A stretch of 64,000 nt of DNA, taken from positions 956-64,955 of the forward strand of contig CANQZR010000001.1 in the NCBI GenBank assembly GCA_947628405.1, written 5' to 3'. The DNA comes from an uncultured Clostridia bacterium. GTDB lineage: Bacteria; Bacillota; Clostridia; Oscillospirales; Ruminococcaceae. A program made the position numbers and the translations under genes. A model generated the notes under the pieces. It searched no databases. It was not told the DNA's origin and was given only the letters and a program-made list of their open reading frames with translations. Positions 25,346 to 34,481 of this stretch are shown one piece after another (the first letter of the stretch is position 1; each line of letters starts with the position of its first letter).

Positions 25346-25531
25346 ATGAAAAATTACATAGCAATATTTCACAGAAGCAACTCGCAGCTGAAAAACGGCG
25401 GATACCGGACAGAATTTACCATTGAGGCACAGACGATCGCCTCAGCGCGGAAAAAAGCACGGGAGATCGAATCCGGGTGTGTATATGGCAGCCTGAGCCT
25501 GATAGAAGTAAAGCCGGCAGAACAGGAATGA
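25346..25531 (+). CDS. hypothetical protein (61 aa)
   Basis: RBS ACGGAGGA. Confidence 0.5.
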   Translation: MKNYIAIFHRSNSQLKNGGYRTEFTIEAQTIASARKKAREIESGCVYGSLSLIEVKPAEQE

Positions 25532-25582
25532 GAGCGGCAAAACCACTATTTACGGAAAAAAATAATATTTTCTGACAAACTA

Positions 25583-25610
25583 TTGACAACAGCCGAAAAA
25601 CTGTTATAAT
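25583..25610 (+). promoter_or_regulatory. internal promoter
   Basis: TTGACA, 16 nt (containing ACAG...CTGT), TATAAT. Confidence 0.5.
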
Positions 25611-25634
25611 TTAATAAAAAAAGGAGTGATAATT

Positions 25635-25994
25635 ATGAATTATATCGTAATAAAAATCAGGAACAGACACGCCGTTATTCAGAACAAACTATTCACACAG
25701 CCGTCAGCGGAATATACACGGGGTGTTATGCTCGAACACGGTGTTGAATTAGATCATAATTCCGAGATAATGGCTGAATTTGATAGTCTTTCCGAAGCGA
25801 ATAAAGCAGCGGACGAATGGAACAAGAAGAACGAGTTTGTCGAAAAAACCGAGGTAAACACCATTGCCAATTTGATTTGTTACGGAATAACTACCACGAT
25901 CGTTGCATATCGACCGGAAACAACAGAGGAGGGCAATGCGCTGGATCACAGTGGAAAAATTGTTTTTGATGATAACAGAATTTTTAGAGCGTAG
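25635..25994 (+). CDS. hypothetical protein (119 aa)
   Basis: RBS AAAGGAG lies 8 nt before the ATG at 25635. Confidence 0.5.
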   Translation: MNYIVIKIRNRHAVIQNKLFTQPSAEYTRGVMLEHGVELDHNSEIMAEFDSLSEANKAADEWNKKNEFVEKTEVNTIANLICYGITTTIVAYRPETTEEGNALDHSGKIVFDDNRIFRA

Positions 25995-26115
25995 TATTTA
26001 AACATAGTTTAATTTTAAGTGCAAAGTCAAAAGGCTTTGCACTTTTTCATTGCCAAAGCGGAAAAATTCAGTTATCCGGAATATCCGAACAACTTACCGA
26101 AAGCGAGGAATTTTT

Positions 26116-27195
26116 ATGGAAAAAACCATTACCGGCGTATATATCGACGTGGAAAAACTATCAAAGCACGTCCCCCAGATGAAAGCACGGGACGAAGCCA
26201 CAGCGGAGCTTTATAATACAATGGAAAATTACCGCTCCAAGGGCAGCGGAATGGACAGCATACCGCCGGAAATTTTCAACGCCCTTGTGTCTCACTTATT
26301 GGCGGAAGATCGGTTGAGGGACGCCATGATGATCGTTTGCGCTGCCAACTGGGGAATGAGATTTTCCGACCTTTCAAGAGTGAGATTTTGTCACATCTTT
26401 GACCGGAGCGGAAATTTCCTTGATAAATTTTCGCTTCCAAACGGAGAAAAAAAGACCCAGAAAGCGAATATTTATTTCAACAACGAAGCCACAAGGCTGA
26501 TGATCCGGCGGTATATAGCGGAAGATCCGCGCATAACGCCTATGGATTTTTTGTTTACAAGCAATTCGGGCAACGCTCCGGAAACTTCCTATCTTGAAAT
26601 TGAAGCGGAAGAAAAATACGGAAAAGTTATAAAAAAGCTAAAAAAACAAAATATTTTGCTTGAAAAGGAGCGGAAAAGTTTGATAAAATTGTATACAGAA
26701 AATCTTATTGACAGCGGAACATTTAAAACCGCGTCCGAGGAGATAGAAGCCAGAGCGGAACATATCCGAGGAGAAATTTCACGCACCGAGGAAAACAAGC
26801 GGAAATTTTTATCGGAAAATCCGGACAAAGCGAAAATAAAGATACAAGCCCCACTAAGCAGAACGGCAGCGGAAAATATCATAAAGTCCGCACTTGCGGA
26901 GATAAATGTACTTCCCAAGAACCGTACGGACAAAGGAACAGCCGCAACAACGGAAGAAAAATACAATACCCACAGCCTGCGGAAAACCTTTTCAGCACAG
27001 TTCCTTGAAACGGGCGCGAGATTGAGGGACGCCGGAAAAATTGACCTTGACAGGGACCTTATGCAGCTATTGCAGGACAAATTAATGCATAGTTCAATGC
27101 AGATCACCGACCGCTACAATAAGTATCAGCTGGAAATTTTCGGAACTATCTGCCGTAATATGAACATAGGACTTGAAGCCATACTTTCAGAGTGA
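26116..27195 (+). CDS. tyrosine recombinase / integrase with internal coiled-coil insertion
   Basis: Motifs GMRFSDLSRV (Arg I), HSLRKTF (His-x-x-Arg) and LMHSSMQITDRYNKY (His/Tyr). About 90 aa of Glu/Lys-rich insert lies between the boxes. Start MEKTITG after GCGAGGA. Confidence 0.75.
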   Translation: MEKTITGVYIDVEKLSKHVPQMKARDEATAELYNTMENYRSKGSGMDSIPPEIFNALVSHLLAEDRLRDAMMIVCAANWGMRFSDLSRVRFCHIFDRSGNFLDKFSLPNGEKKTQKANIYFNNEATRLMIRRYIAEDPRITPMDFLFTSNSGNAPETSYLEIEAEEKYGKVIKKLKKQNILLEKERKSLIKLYTENLIDSGTFKTASEEIEARAEHIRGEISRTEENKRKFLSENPDKAKIKIQAPLSRTAAENIIKSALAEINVLPKNRTDKGTAATTEEKYNTHSLRKTFSAQFLETGARLRDAGKIDLDRDLMQLLQDKLMHSSMQITDRYNKYQLEIFGTICRNMNIGLEAILSE

Positions 27196-27211
27196 AAAGA
27201 GGGAAAAATTT

Positions 27212-27781
27212 ATGAATTTACAGCAGTATATCAAAAACCACATTGCAGAAGTGACCCCGATCCCCTTGGAAAAAATCGCATTAACGGAACGCCTGCACCT
27301 GTCGGGACAGCTTCCGGAAAATGCAGAGCTGTCGGAATTTCCTGTGCTTGTTGTCCGCCCGATATTGAATAATCGCCGGAAAAACGGACGTTACCTTGCA
27401 GCGGAAAATTACGCTCTTGTATGCAACTGGAAAGACTATATGTTACAGAAAAGTGATCCCGATTGCCGGAATGTTTACTGTATAATAACCGACTGCTACA
27501 GGCGGAAATTTATGCAGACCATAAGAGAAATAAACAGCACGAAATCAAAGAGGATCTTAACGGAACAAATAACCGTCCCCGTGGAATTTATGAAAACTCC
27601 GCCCAACGAGCAGAAGATCGAACGAGCGGAAGAATTTTACAGCGTATATGGGCATTTTGATATGCCCGTAACGGTAAAGGAATACGGCGGAAAATATCTT
27701 CTTGCGGACGGCTATGCACGTCTGATAGCAGCAAGGCGAATGAAAATCTCATATGTTTTAGCGGATATAGTGGAAAATTAA
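27212..27781 (+). CDS. ParB/Srx-like N-terminal-domain protein (possibly two degenerate copies)
   Basis: C-terminal PVTVKEYGGKYLLADGYARLIAARRMKISYVLADIV resembles the ParB-N core. A weaker copy sits near PVLVVRPI...GRYLAAENYALV. Confidence 0.45.
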   Translation: MNLQQYIKNHIAEVTPIPLEKIALTERLHLSGQLPENAELSEFPVLVVRPILNNRRKNGRYLAAENYALVCNWKDYMLQKSDPDCRNVYCIITDCYRRKFMQTIREINSTKSKRILTEQITVPVEFMKTPPNEQKIERAEEFYSVYGHFDMPVTVKEYGGKYLLADGYARLIAARRMKISYVLADIVEN

Positions 27782-27868
27782 TATACGGATTTTTTGCGAG
27801 CGACATTTATGCCGGTCGCAAACAGTAGTAAAATAACGAAAAATTTTTAGTGAAAAGAGGAAAATCTA

Positions 27869-28435
27869 ATGAACATTAACGAAATAGCAGATATCAGGGA
27901 GCAGATAACCGCCATACTTTCACGCCTTGACGAACTGGAACGAGCGGAAAAACAAAAGGGGACAAACATAAAGTTTGACCCCACGGAAATTTACAACGAG
28001 GACGATATACCTTTCACAGGATATGAACTACCTTTCGGAGAATGTGACTGCGAAAATTTCTACATATCGGTAGACTATCAAGGCGCACAGCTCATTAAAA
28101 CTCCGGACGACGGAAGCAATTTTAACAAGAAATTATATCATAACAACAATTATATTCCGACGGAATATCAAGGCGCAGCGGAAGAATTGTTGGACATAAT
28201 CAGATTTAATATGTTTCTTACAAGGCAGAAACTTATCTATTGTCCGGATTTTGTACCGGACGAGAACTATAACGAAAGATCACACGGTATAAAATTTCAC
28301 AAAGACACCGGAAGATTTTATTCTGTACCTTATGTGTCACAGAGAGCCACAGTATGCTTTCCGACAAGGGAAATAGCGGAAAAAATATGTGCCAAACTCA
28401 ATGATTACCTTGATAAATGCAGAAAGGAAGTTTAA
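27869..28435 (+). CDS. hypothetical protein, paralog of 41248-41778
   Basis: Shared C-terminal pattern NNNY...IYCPDF.PD.N...FPTREIAEKICAKLN..L.K.RKEV. Confidence 0.55.
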   Translation: MNINEIADIREQITAILSRLDELERAEKQKGTNIKFDPTEIYNEDDIPFTGYELPFGECDCENFYISVDYQGAQLIKTPDDGSNFNKKLYHNNNYIPTEYQGAAEELLDIIRFNMFLTRQKLIYCPDFVPDENYNERSHGIKFHKDTGRFYSVPYVSQRATVCFPTREIAEKICAKLNDYLDKCRKEV

Positions 28436-28436
28436 T

Positions 28437-29396
28437 ATGAACGAGTATATTTTTAACCTTGAGACCACCAAAATAGAACTGCATTTTGAAAAATCGCAGT
28501 ATGACGCGCTGACGGACAAACAGAAACGAGACTTAAAAAGCGCATTTCTCTGGAGCAGCCGTGGAAAATGCTGGGTCAGCCGTGCAAAAGAACCAAACCT
28601 CTGGAGGGCAAAGCAGGTCGCCGAAGCCCTCGGATTTACTTCCGAAAAAAGAGAGGGAGAGCGTCTTTCTTTTGCAGAACAGGTGGAAAAACAGACCGAA
28701 AAAGCGGAAAAACGAGCGGAGCAATATACAGCATATGCCGAAAAAGCAGCGCAAAAGGCGGAAAAACTGCAAGAACCTATCAACAGTATGTATGGGGATA
28801 TAGCTTTTTTCACACAGCCTAATATAAGCACATCTGCCGGACGTGCTTTCACAAAACGCCGTGAGGCAATGTTTGACCGCTATGAAAAAGGCTTTGCCGA
28901 GTATCGCAAAAGCGAATATTTTAAGAAAAGAGCAGAGGACCTTGCAAGATCAGATGAAAAGTACAGGAATATTTCCTATCTTGACCGCCGTATCAAAGAA
29001 TGTAAAAAAGAGATACGGGCAAGAGAAAAGAATGTACTGCGCTATGAAGATGTATTAAACAAGTTGGAAAACGGATTGGAAAATTATACATACGATCCTA
29101 AACTGTCTTCCGTTGAAACCGTAAGCAAATGGCTTGAAGATGAACTTGAACTTATTGAAAAGGCGATCGACAAACAATGTTATCTTGAAAATTGCCTTGA
29201 CGCCGTCGGCGGAATAAAATTCAATAAGGACAATATACAAAAAGGCGATATAGTGCGTATGGAATCATTCGGCTTGTGCGAGGTCGTCGGCAAAGGTCCC
29301 GTCAACATAACATACCGCATACTTAAAACAGGCGGAATTTTAAAAGGCACATATGCGGAGATCATGGATATTGTTAAAGGAGATGAAAAGAAATGA
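28437..29396 (+). CDS. DUF3560-like protein
   Basis: N-terminal LKSAFLWSSRGKCWVSRA and central AEKAAQKAEKL...GDIAFFTQPN...GRAFTKRREAMFDRYEKGF...KSEYFKKRAEDL match my recollection of DUF3560 proteins of conjugative elements. Confidence 0.5.
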   Translation: MNEYIFNLETTKIELHFEKSQYDALTDKQKRDLKSAFLWSSRGKCWVSRAKEPNLWRAKQVAEALGFTSEKREGERLSFAEQVEKQTEKAEKRAEQYTAYAEKAAQKAEKLQEPINSMYGDIAFFTQPNISTSAGRAFTKRREAMFDRYEKGFAEYRKSEYFKKRAEDLARSDEKYRNISYLDRRIKECKKEIRAREKNVLRYEDVLNKLENGLENYTYDPKLSSVETVSKWLEDELELIEKAIDKQCYLENCLDAVGGIKFNKDNIQKGDIVRMESFGLCEVVGKGPVNITYRILKTGGILKGTYAEIMDIVKGDEKK

Positions 29397-29695
29397 TTTA
29401 CAACGGTAAACCTGTTTATACATCAGATACATTCAGCTTTGAAAAGGTCAAAATCGGCGATTATGTCAATCAGGAGGTTGTTGATGATTGTATGGGCGTG
29501 GTTCCCCCTGTGTGTATGAGTTCAAGATGTTCACAGATCGGAGAACCGTATAGCTATAGACAATATCCGAACACTGGAAAATGGAGATCAACGTATTCTA
29601 CATTCAAGTGCGTTGCAGGAACGTACCCTGATGGTATCTGGGAGTATTGCGGTCACTGTTTCAGAGGCGAGACAGAAGATCGTGGAAAAAATTAA
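29393..29695 (+). CDS. hypothetical Cys-rich protein (100 aa)
   Basis: ATGA overlap with the upstream gene. Confidence 0.5.
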   Translation: MIYNGKPVYTSDTFSFEKVKIGDYVNQEVVDDCMGVVPPVCMSSRCSQIGEPYSYRQYPNTGKWRSTYSTFKCVAGTYPDGIWEYCGHCFRGETEDRGKN

Positions 29696-29713
29696 AAGAG
29701 AAAGACACAGAAA

Positions 29714-30697
29714 CTAATTCTCAATAAATTCTTCCACGGAAGAACGTATAATATCCAGTCTCTTGTGAGTGTTAGTGTTGCTTGTAGTCTGTTTTGAGGA
29801 TGCCGAAACATACTCCTCCGGCATATCTGAAAAGAACGATAAACACCATTCCGCAAGCCGGGCGGAATTTTCAAATTTGTTTACAAAGCCTACATACGAT
29901 AGAAAATGCGTCTTTTTCATCATATTCTGTGCGGAAAATTTATCCGCTATCAGGACTTTTTTGTAAGCGTCAAAAACTATGTCGTAAACAGAGAGAATTT
30001 CCGCCTTGTCGCTTTCGGAAATTTCGATCTCTTCCATAAGCTCGGAAAAATGCTTTGCACTGTAGTCCGGATCAGTCTCATTAAGAGCCTGCCAAGTCTT
30101 GACAACGATCTCATCTTCCGGAATTTTTTTCAGGGCGTCGGAAGAAAACATAGCCCGGAAAATTTCGTGCTTTCCGATCTCTTTGATAACGTCCATACAG
30201 CTGTTCCGGCTGCGTGCAAGGTCAATTTTGGACATTGCCTTGCCGCTGTTTGAGCGATTGAAGAATAAACCCTCAATGGACGGATCAGCATTTTCAAGGA
30301 CTGCCATATCTATCTGGAAGTCGAGGATCTTCATCTGCAAGTCCTCGTCGAGCTTACGGAAAAATTTCCCGTTCAGCTTGTAGGGCTGCCCACGGAGAAT
30401 AATATCCGGCTCTTTTTCAAGACCGGAAAGAGCGTATTCATTGTTGATGTAGCGTATAAGAGAATTTCCTCTCTGTTTGCCGTCCAGAACGTCCCAACCG
30501 TTTTCCTTTGCGCTTATAAGGAACGGCTTCTGATATACAAGCACATCATACAGCAGACTGTGAATGTAAAGAGAGGACATTTTCTTATTCCATACAGCAC
30601 CACGCTGGATAGGATTATCAAAGTTTATCTGACCTTTTTGAAATCGTTTTACAAAGGAATTGACAGACCAGCTGTCACGGTAAGCGCGATAATTCAT
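29714..30697 (-). CDS. DUF262 (GmrSD N-terminal, ParB/Srx-fold) protein without DUF1524
   Basis: Motifs FDNPIQRGAVW, VLDGKQRGNSLIRY and FFNRSNSGKAMSKIDL. Confidence 0.7.
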   Translation of the reverse strand: MNYRAYRDSWSVNSFVKRFQKGQINFDNPIQRGAVWNKKMSSLYIHSLLYDVLVYQKPFLISAKENGWDVLDGKQRGNSLIRYINNEYALSGLEKEPDIILRGQPYKLNGKFFRKLDEDLQMKILDFQIDMAVLENADPSIEGLFFNRSNSGKAMSKIDLARSRNSCMDVIKEIGKHEIFRAMFSSDALKKIPEDEIVVKTWQALNETDPDYSAKHFSELMEEIEISESDKAEILSVYDIVFDAYKKVLIADKFSAQNMMKKTHFLSYVGFVNKFENSARLAEWCLSFFSDMPEEYVSASSKQTTSNTNTHKRLDIIRSSVEEFIEN

Positions 30698-30745
30698 TTA
30701 AAAACAGCTCCTTTTTGGAAATTTTTTCGTGGCAGTAAAAAACAC

Positions 30746-30801
30746 TTGACATTATAGAACGAATGTTCTATAATATAAATCACATAGGAACAAATGTTCT
30801 A
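30746..30801 (+). promoter_or_regulatory. consensus promoter with two GAAC-N4-GTTC operators
   Basis: TTGACA (30746-51), 17 nt, TATAAT (30769-74). TAGAACGAATGTTCTA (30755-70) spans the spacer and -10. A second site, GGAACAAATGTTCT, lies at 30785-30801. Confidence 0.65.
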
Positions 30802-30955
30802 TAAAACAAGTTTTGACCTATAAAAATTATATCAAAATCGGGTCAAAAAATCAATATTTAATATTTTTCTTTTAAAATAGTGACAAAAAAAGCGGATAAT
30901 TTTGTTAAATTTAACAATTGTTTGAAAGAGTACAACAGAACAAGGAGGAAAAGTC

Positions 30956-32344
30956 ATGCCAAAGAACAGCGGAAAATCAAGACAGCGGAAGCAGAAGCCT
31001 ATCACCATTGATGTGGGCGGAAAAACCTATACTTTTGCAGGGATCGTGGAAACCAGATCCCAAGTAAAACTGATCCCGTTTACCGTTGAATCATATGTCA
31101 GGGACGTAATTAGCGGAGAGATCGACAGGGACACACTTATACAGCGTGAGCCGGATCAGTGGAGTACATACACCAAGTCAATGCTTATCTATGCAATGCT
31201 TATGGATAGGCAGATCGGCAATATCCTTATTGCCAAAGGACGTGACGAATCGAAAAACTATGAGATAGATTCCCTTATAGACGGCTTGCAGAGGACTACC
31301 GCAATTGTAGGATATGTCAACGGAGAATTTTCTTTAAGCAAGAAGATACCGGCAATAAACTGCCGTTTCAAGGACGAGGAAGAAAACTCAATAGAAGTGC
31401 CTTATGAGATAGGCGGAAAAAAATTTGACAAACTTCCGTCCGTCTTGCAGAAATCGCTGCTCAGATATCGCCTGACAGTATATGAATATGTGGACTTTGA
31501 GGACGAGGAGCTTGACGAGATCGTCAAGTGCGTAAACAGCGGAAAATCTCCTACAGTGTACCAGAAAATGCGGTTTACCCTCGGTTCGGATAATATGCGT
31601 ATGCTTCAGCCTTTGTGCGACAGTACCCTGTGGGAAGATATTCCCAACGTAAAAGCCAAGAATGACAGTATCCTTGCCTGCGTTATAAGAACGGCAATGC
31701 TCAATACAAGGTATGCCTTTAATAACCTTGGAGCCGGACAGATGAACGAGTTTGTTTCCCACTTCGGAGAAAATGTTACTCTTTCCAAGATCCGCGAGAC
31801 CGGAGAGCTTATTGAACAGCTTGCCGAAATAAAATGCGGAATGTCCGATGACGATATCGAGATATTCAGCGGTTGCTCCATACCGCATATTGTAATGAAT
31901 CTGAAACGTTACAACAGTATAGGGGAAAATTCCGTTTCCTACGGAGAATTTCTCCACGACTTCTTTTTGAGCGACGAATACCAGAAATTCTGTGATACCG
32001 AGGAGACCGGCAGCGGTGGATCTCAGTATTCACTGGAAAATGTCTCGGAGCGTCAGGCGATAATCGACGATTACCTTGACAGTTATTTTGAAAATTCTGA
32101 AAATACGGAGGGAGAAGGCGATGACCGGAAAGGAACAGAAACGACTTCTGGAAGAACAGAAAACAGCTATAGCGGAAGAGACGGAACGAATGGCGGAACG
32201 GATAGAACGGGAGCATATGACGATATCTCTATGCAGGGATATATCGGAGCTTACGGACAAACGCCTGAAAATTTTGAGTTCGGGGAAAACTATCCTGCAC
32301 AGATTTTATATCGAGACGTCTCAGCTCCTCGGACTTCCACTTAA
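30956..32344 (+). CDS. DUF262 (ParB/Srx-fold) protein; the 3-prime ~220 nt overlap the next gene out of frame
   Basis: Motifs IQREPDQW, LIDGLQRTTAIVGY and VKCVNSGKSPTVYQ. The last ~75 aa are low complexity (GTETTSGRTENSYSGRDGTNGGTDRTG). Confidence 0.65.
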   Translation: MPKNSGKSRQRKQKPITIDVGGKTYTFAGIVETRSQVKLIPFTVESYVRDVISGEIDRDTLIQREPDQWSTYTKSMLIYAMLMDRQIGNILIAKGRDESKNYEIDSLIDGLQRTTAIVGYVNGEFSLSKKIPAINCRFKDEEENSIEVPYEIGGKKFDKLPSVLQKSLLRYRLTVYEYVDFEDEELDEIVKCVNSGKSPTVYQKMRFTLGSDNMRMLQPLCDSTLWEDIPNVKAKNDSILACVIRTAMLNTRYAFNNLGAGQMNEFVSHFGENVTLSKIRETGELIEQLAEIKCGMSDDDIEIFSGCSIPHIVMNLKRYNSIGENSVSYGEFLHDFFLSDEYQKFCDTEETGSGGSQYSLENVSERQAIIDDYLDSYFENSENTEGEGDDRKGTETTSGRTENSYSGRDGTNGGTDRTGAYDDISMQGYIGAYGQTPENFEFGENYPAQILYRDVSAPRTST

Positions 32345-32834
32345 CGGAGTAAAAAATCTGCGAACGATCAACAGATTTTATGAAAATGCGGATAACGGCT
32401 TGGATAAACAGTGTATAGAATATGTCCTTGGAAAAAACAGTATCTCTATTACTGCAAAAATAGCCGGAGTTCTGGAGAGATGTACCAACGAAGAAAAGAC
32501 CGGACTTTTGTGTGGAAAAATAATGCCCACCGCACTTATAGAGACCGTCCGCAGCCGTTCCGCACCGAGTTGCAAGACCTTTGAGGAATTGCAGCAGGAG
32601 ATAAGAGATCCCGACGCAGCCGGAAATTTAAAGCTGTCTGATACAGCAAAGCTCTTTGATTATGCCGTTGAACAGATCGAAAAAACAGTCGAAAGGCTCA
32701 TAACCGGCGAATATGCGGAAACTTTCAGGGAAAAGGACGCCGTTTCACGGAAAATAATACGGGAACGGTGCGCCGACCTTGAATATGTCGTTAAAGTCGT
32801 TTTATCGCTGACCGATAATACACAAAATTCATAG
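32121..32834 (+). CDS. hypothetical helical protein (237 aa)
   Basis: RBS GGAGGGAGAAGG before the ATG at 32121. The translation looks protein-like from the first codon. No family recognised. Confidence 0.5.
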   Translation: MTGKEQKRLLEEQKTAIAEETERMAERIEREHMTISLCRDISELTDKRLKILSSGKTILHRFYIETSQLLGLPLNGVKNLRTINRFYENADNGLDKQCIEYVLGKNSISITAKIAGVLERCTNEEKTGLLCGKIMPTALIETVRSRSAPSCKTFEELQQEIRDPDAAGNLKLSDTAKLFDYAVEQIEKTVERLITGEYAETFREKDAVSRKIIRERCADLEYVVKVVLSLTDNTQNS

Positions 32835-32846
32835 GAGGAATAAATT

Positions 32847-33698
32847 ATGGAAAAAATGTCAAATTCCACAGTAAAAGAGTACCTCGAAAGAAAAAGGAAG
32901 AAAGCCGAGAGCATACAAAACAATATTCCCGAGACTATCACCATAAACGCAGATATCCTTAAAACGGCACCCTATTCCCAAAGACCGGTAAGTAAGCGGT
33001 GGGCGGAGGAAATAGCAGCTAAATTCGATCCCAAACTTCTCGATCCGCTGACGGTGTCCTACAGGGACAGAAAATATTTTGTGATCGACGGACAGCACCG
33101 ACTTTACGCCATACGGAAACTTTTCGGCGACAAACAGCTTGTGAATTGTAAAGTCCTGCACGGCTTAACGGAACAGCAGGAAGCTGAAATGTTCGTAAAA
33201 ATGAATACCTGTGAACGATCCCTTAACTACGCCGACGAAGTAAGGGCTTTAGCCTTTTCCGGCGATAAAATGATAGACGCTATCAACGGAATATGCGCGT
33301 CCAACGGCATAGAGTTCGGATACGAACAGGGCAAAAGAGGAAAGAAAGACAGCCGTATAACCGCCCTTAAAACTCTCACTGATATATATGAAAAGATCGG
33401 GGCGCAGCAGACGGAAAGAATTATCAAAATACTCAGTACAACTTGGAGCGGACAGTCGGAATCACTTTCGGCAGTTATGCTTTCCGCTATGTCGTGTATT
33501 ATGGACCTTTACGGGAATGAATTAGAGGATAAAACTTTCACCAAGAAACTTGCCGGAATAGACCCTACATTCCTTGTTACCAAAGCACGAAACGATACAG
33601 TCACAAACGCAGCCGTTTCCGTCAGACTTGCAAGAATAATCGTAAATTACTACAATAAAGGCGCAGGGAAAAAGCTCCCGTATCGCTTCGGAGTATAA
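32847..33698 (+). CDS. DGQHR-motif ParB/DndB-like protein
   Basis: LDPLTVSYRDRKYFVIDGQHRLYAIRKLFG. RBS AGGAGGA. Confidence 0.65.
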   Translation: MEKMSNSTVKEYLERKRKKAESIQNNIPETITINADILKTAPYSQRPVSKRWAEEIAAKFDPKLLDPLTVSYRDRKYFVIDGQHRLYAIRKLFGDKQLVNCKVLHGLTEQQEAEMFVKMNTCERSLNYADEVRALAFSGDKMIDAINGICASNGIEFGYEQGKRGKKDSRITALKTLTDIYEKIGAQQTERIIKILSTTWSGQSESLSAVMLSAMSCIMDLYGNELEDKTFTKKLAGIDPTFLVTKARNDTVTNAAVSVRLARIIVNYYNKGAGKKLPYRFGV

Positions 33699-33714
33699 AA
33701 ACGGAGGGATTTTT

Positions 33715-34365
33715 ATGAAAACAACTGTCGAAACAGTGGAATTTCTGCATACTATGTTTCCGCTTTTTAATAAGGAATACGTCAACGAAAGTGCAAATAT
33801 TGTGGACGATAACGGAACGGTGTGGTTCGCCCTCGATAACGTCAAGATCGGCGCAGAAAAACTTGCTATAAAAGCCTTTGCGGAATATATGACAGGGGAG
33901 ACCTTTGACGGAGATTTACATAATACCACATTTTACATCGGCTTTTCATATACAACGGAGAAAACCAACTGTATAGCATCTGTTGGTATGGAGATCATAG
34001 ACAAACAACCGTTTATCCGCAAATCACTTCCGATAATATTTTACCGTAACAGCGGTAGCCTTGACTATGGAGAAGTAGTTGCATTGCATCTTTTCTGTAA
34101 ATATGCGGCAGACTGGACGATAAAATACATCAGGAATGATATTTTCGGCGCAATGGAGCTTCCGGGAGAATTTCGCAGTGATAATCTGATCGGAGGGACA
34201 TATTGTCATTCAAGGTCTGTAAACGACAGAGCGGTGTTTTATATAATGCCGGAATGGTGGAAACATTCACTTTTCCCAAAGTATACTAAATGGGAAGAAT
34301 TTGTGGATAAAAGACTTAAAACCCAACAGCGCTCCGGAATATTTATGGCGGTCAGCTGCGACTGA
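33715..34365 (+). CDS. hypothetical protein (216 aa)
   Basis: RBS ACGGAGGG. No family recognised. Confidence 0.5.
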   Translation: MKTTVETVEFLHTMFPLFNKEYVNESANIVDDNGTVWFALDNVKIGAEKLAIKAFAEYMTGETFDGDLHNTTFYIGFSYTTEKTNCIASVGMEIIDKQPFIRKSLPIIFYRNSGSLDYGEVVALHLFCKYAADWTIKYIRNDIFGAMELPGEFRSDNLIGGTYCHSRSVNDRAVFYIMPEWWKHSLFPKYTKWEEFVDKRLKTQQRSGIFMAVSCD

Positions 34366-34439
34366 TTAAGTTAATCCCAAAGATGTAAAAGAAAATTCAT
34401 AATTTTAAAATATATAATATCTTAAATTTTCCTTTTAGA

Positions 34440-34460
34440 AATTGTATAATATATACAATT
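34440..34460. promoter_or_regulatory. perfect 9-bp inverted repeat AATTGTATA-ATA-TATACAATT overlapping a TATAAT
   Basis: Read directly from the sequence. Lies 22 nt upstream of the ATG at 34482. Confidence 0.5.
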
Positions 34461-34481
34461 CGGACAGAGAGGGGAAAATTT

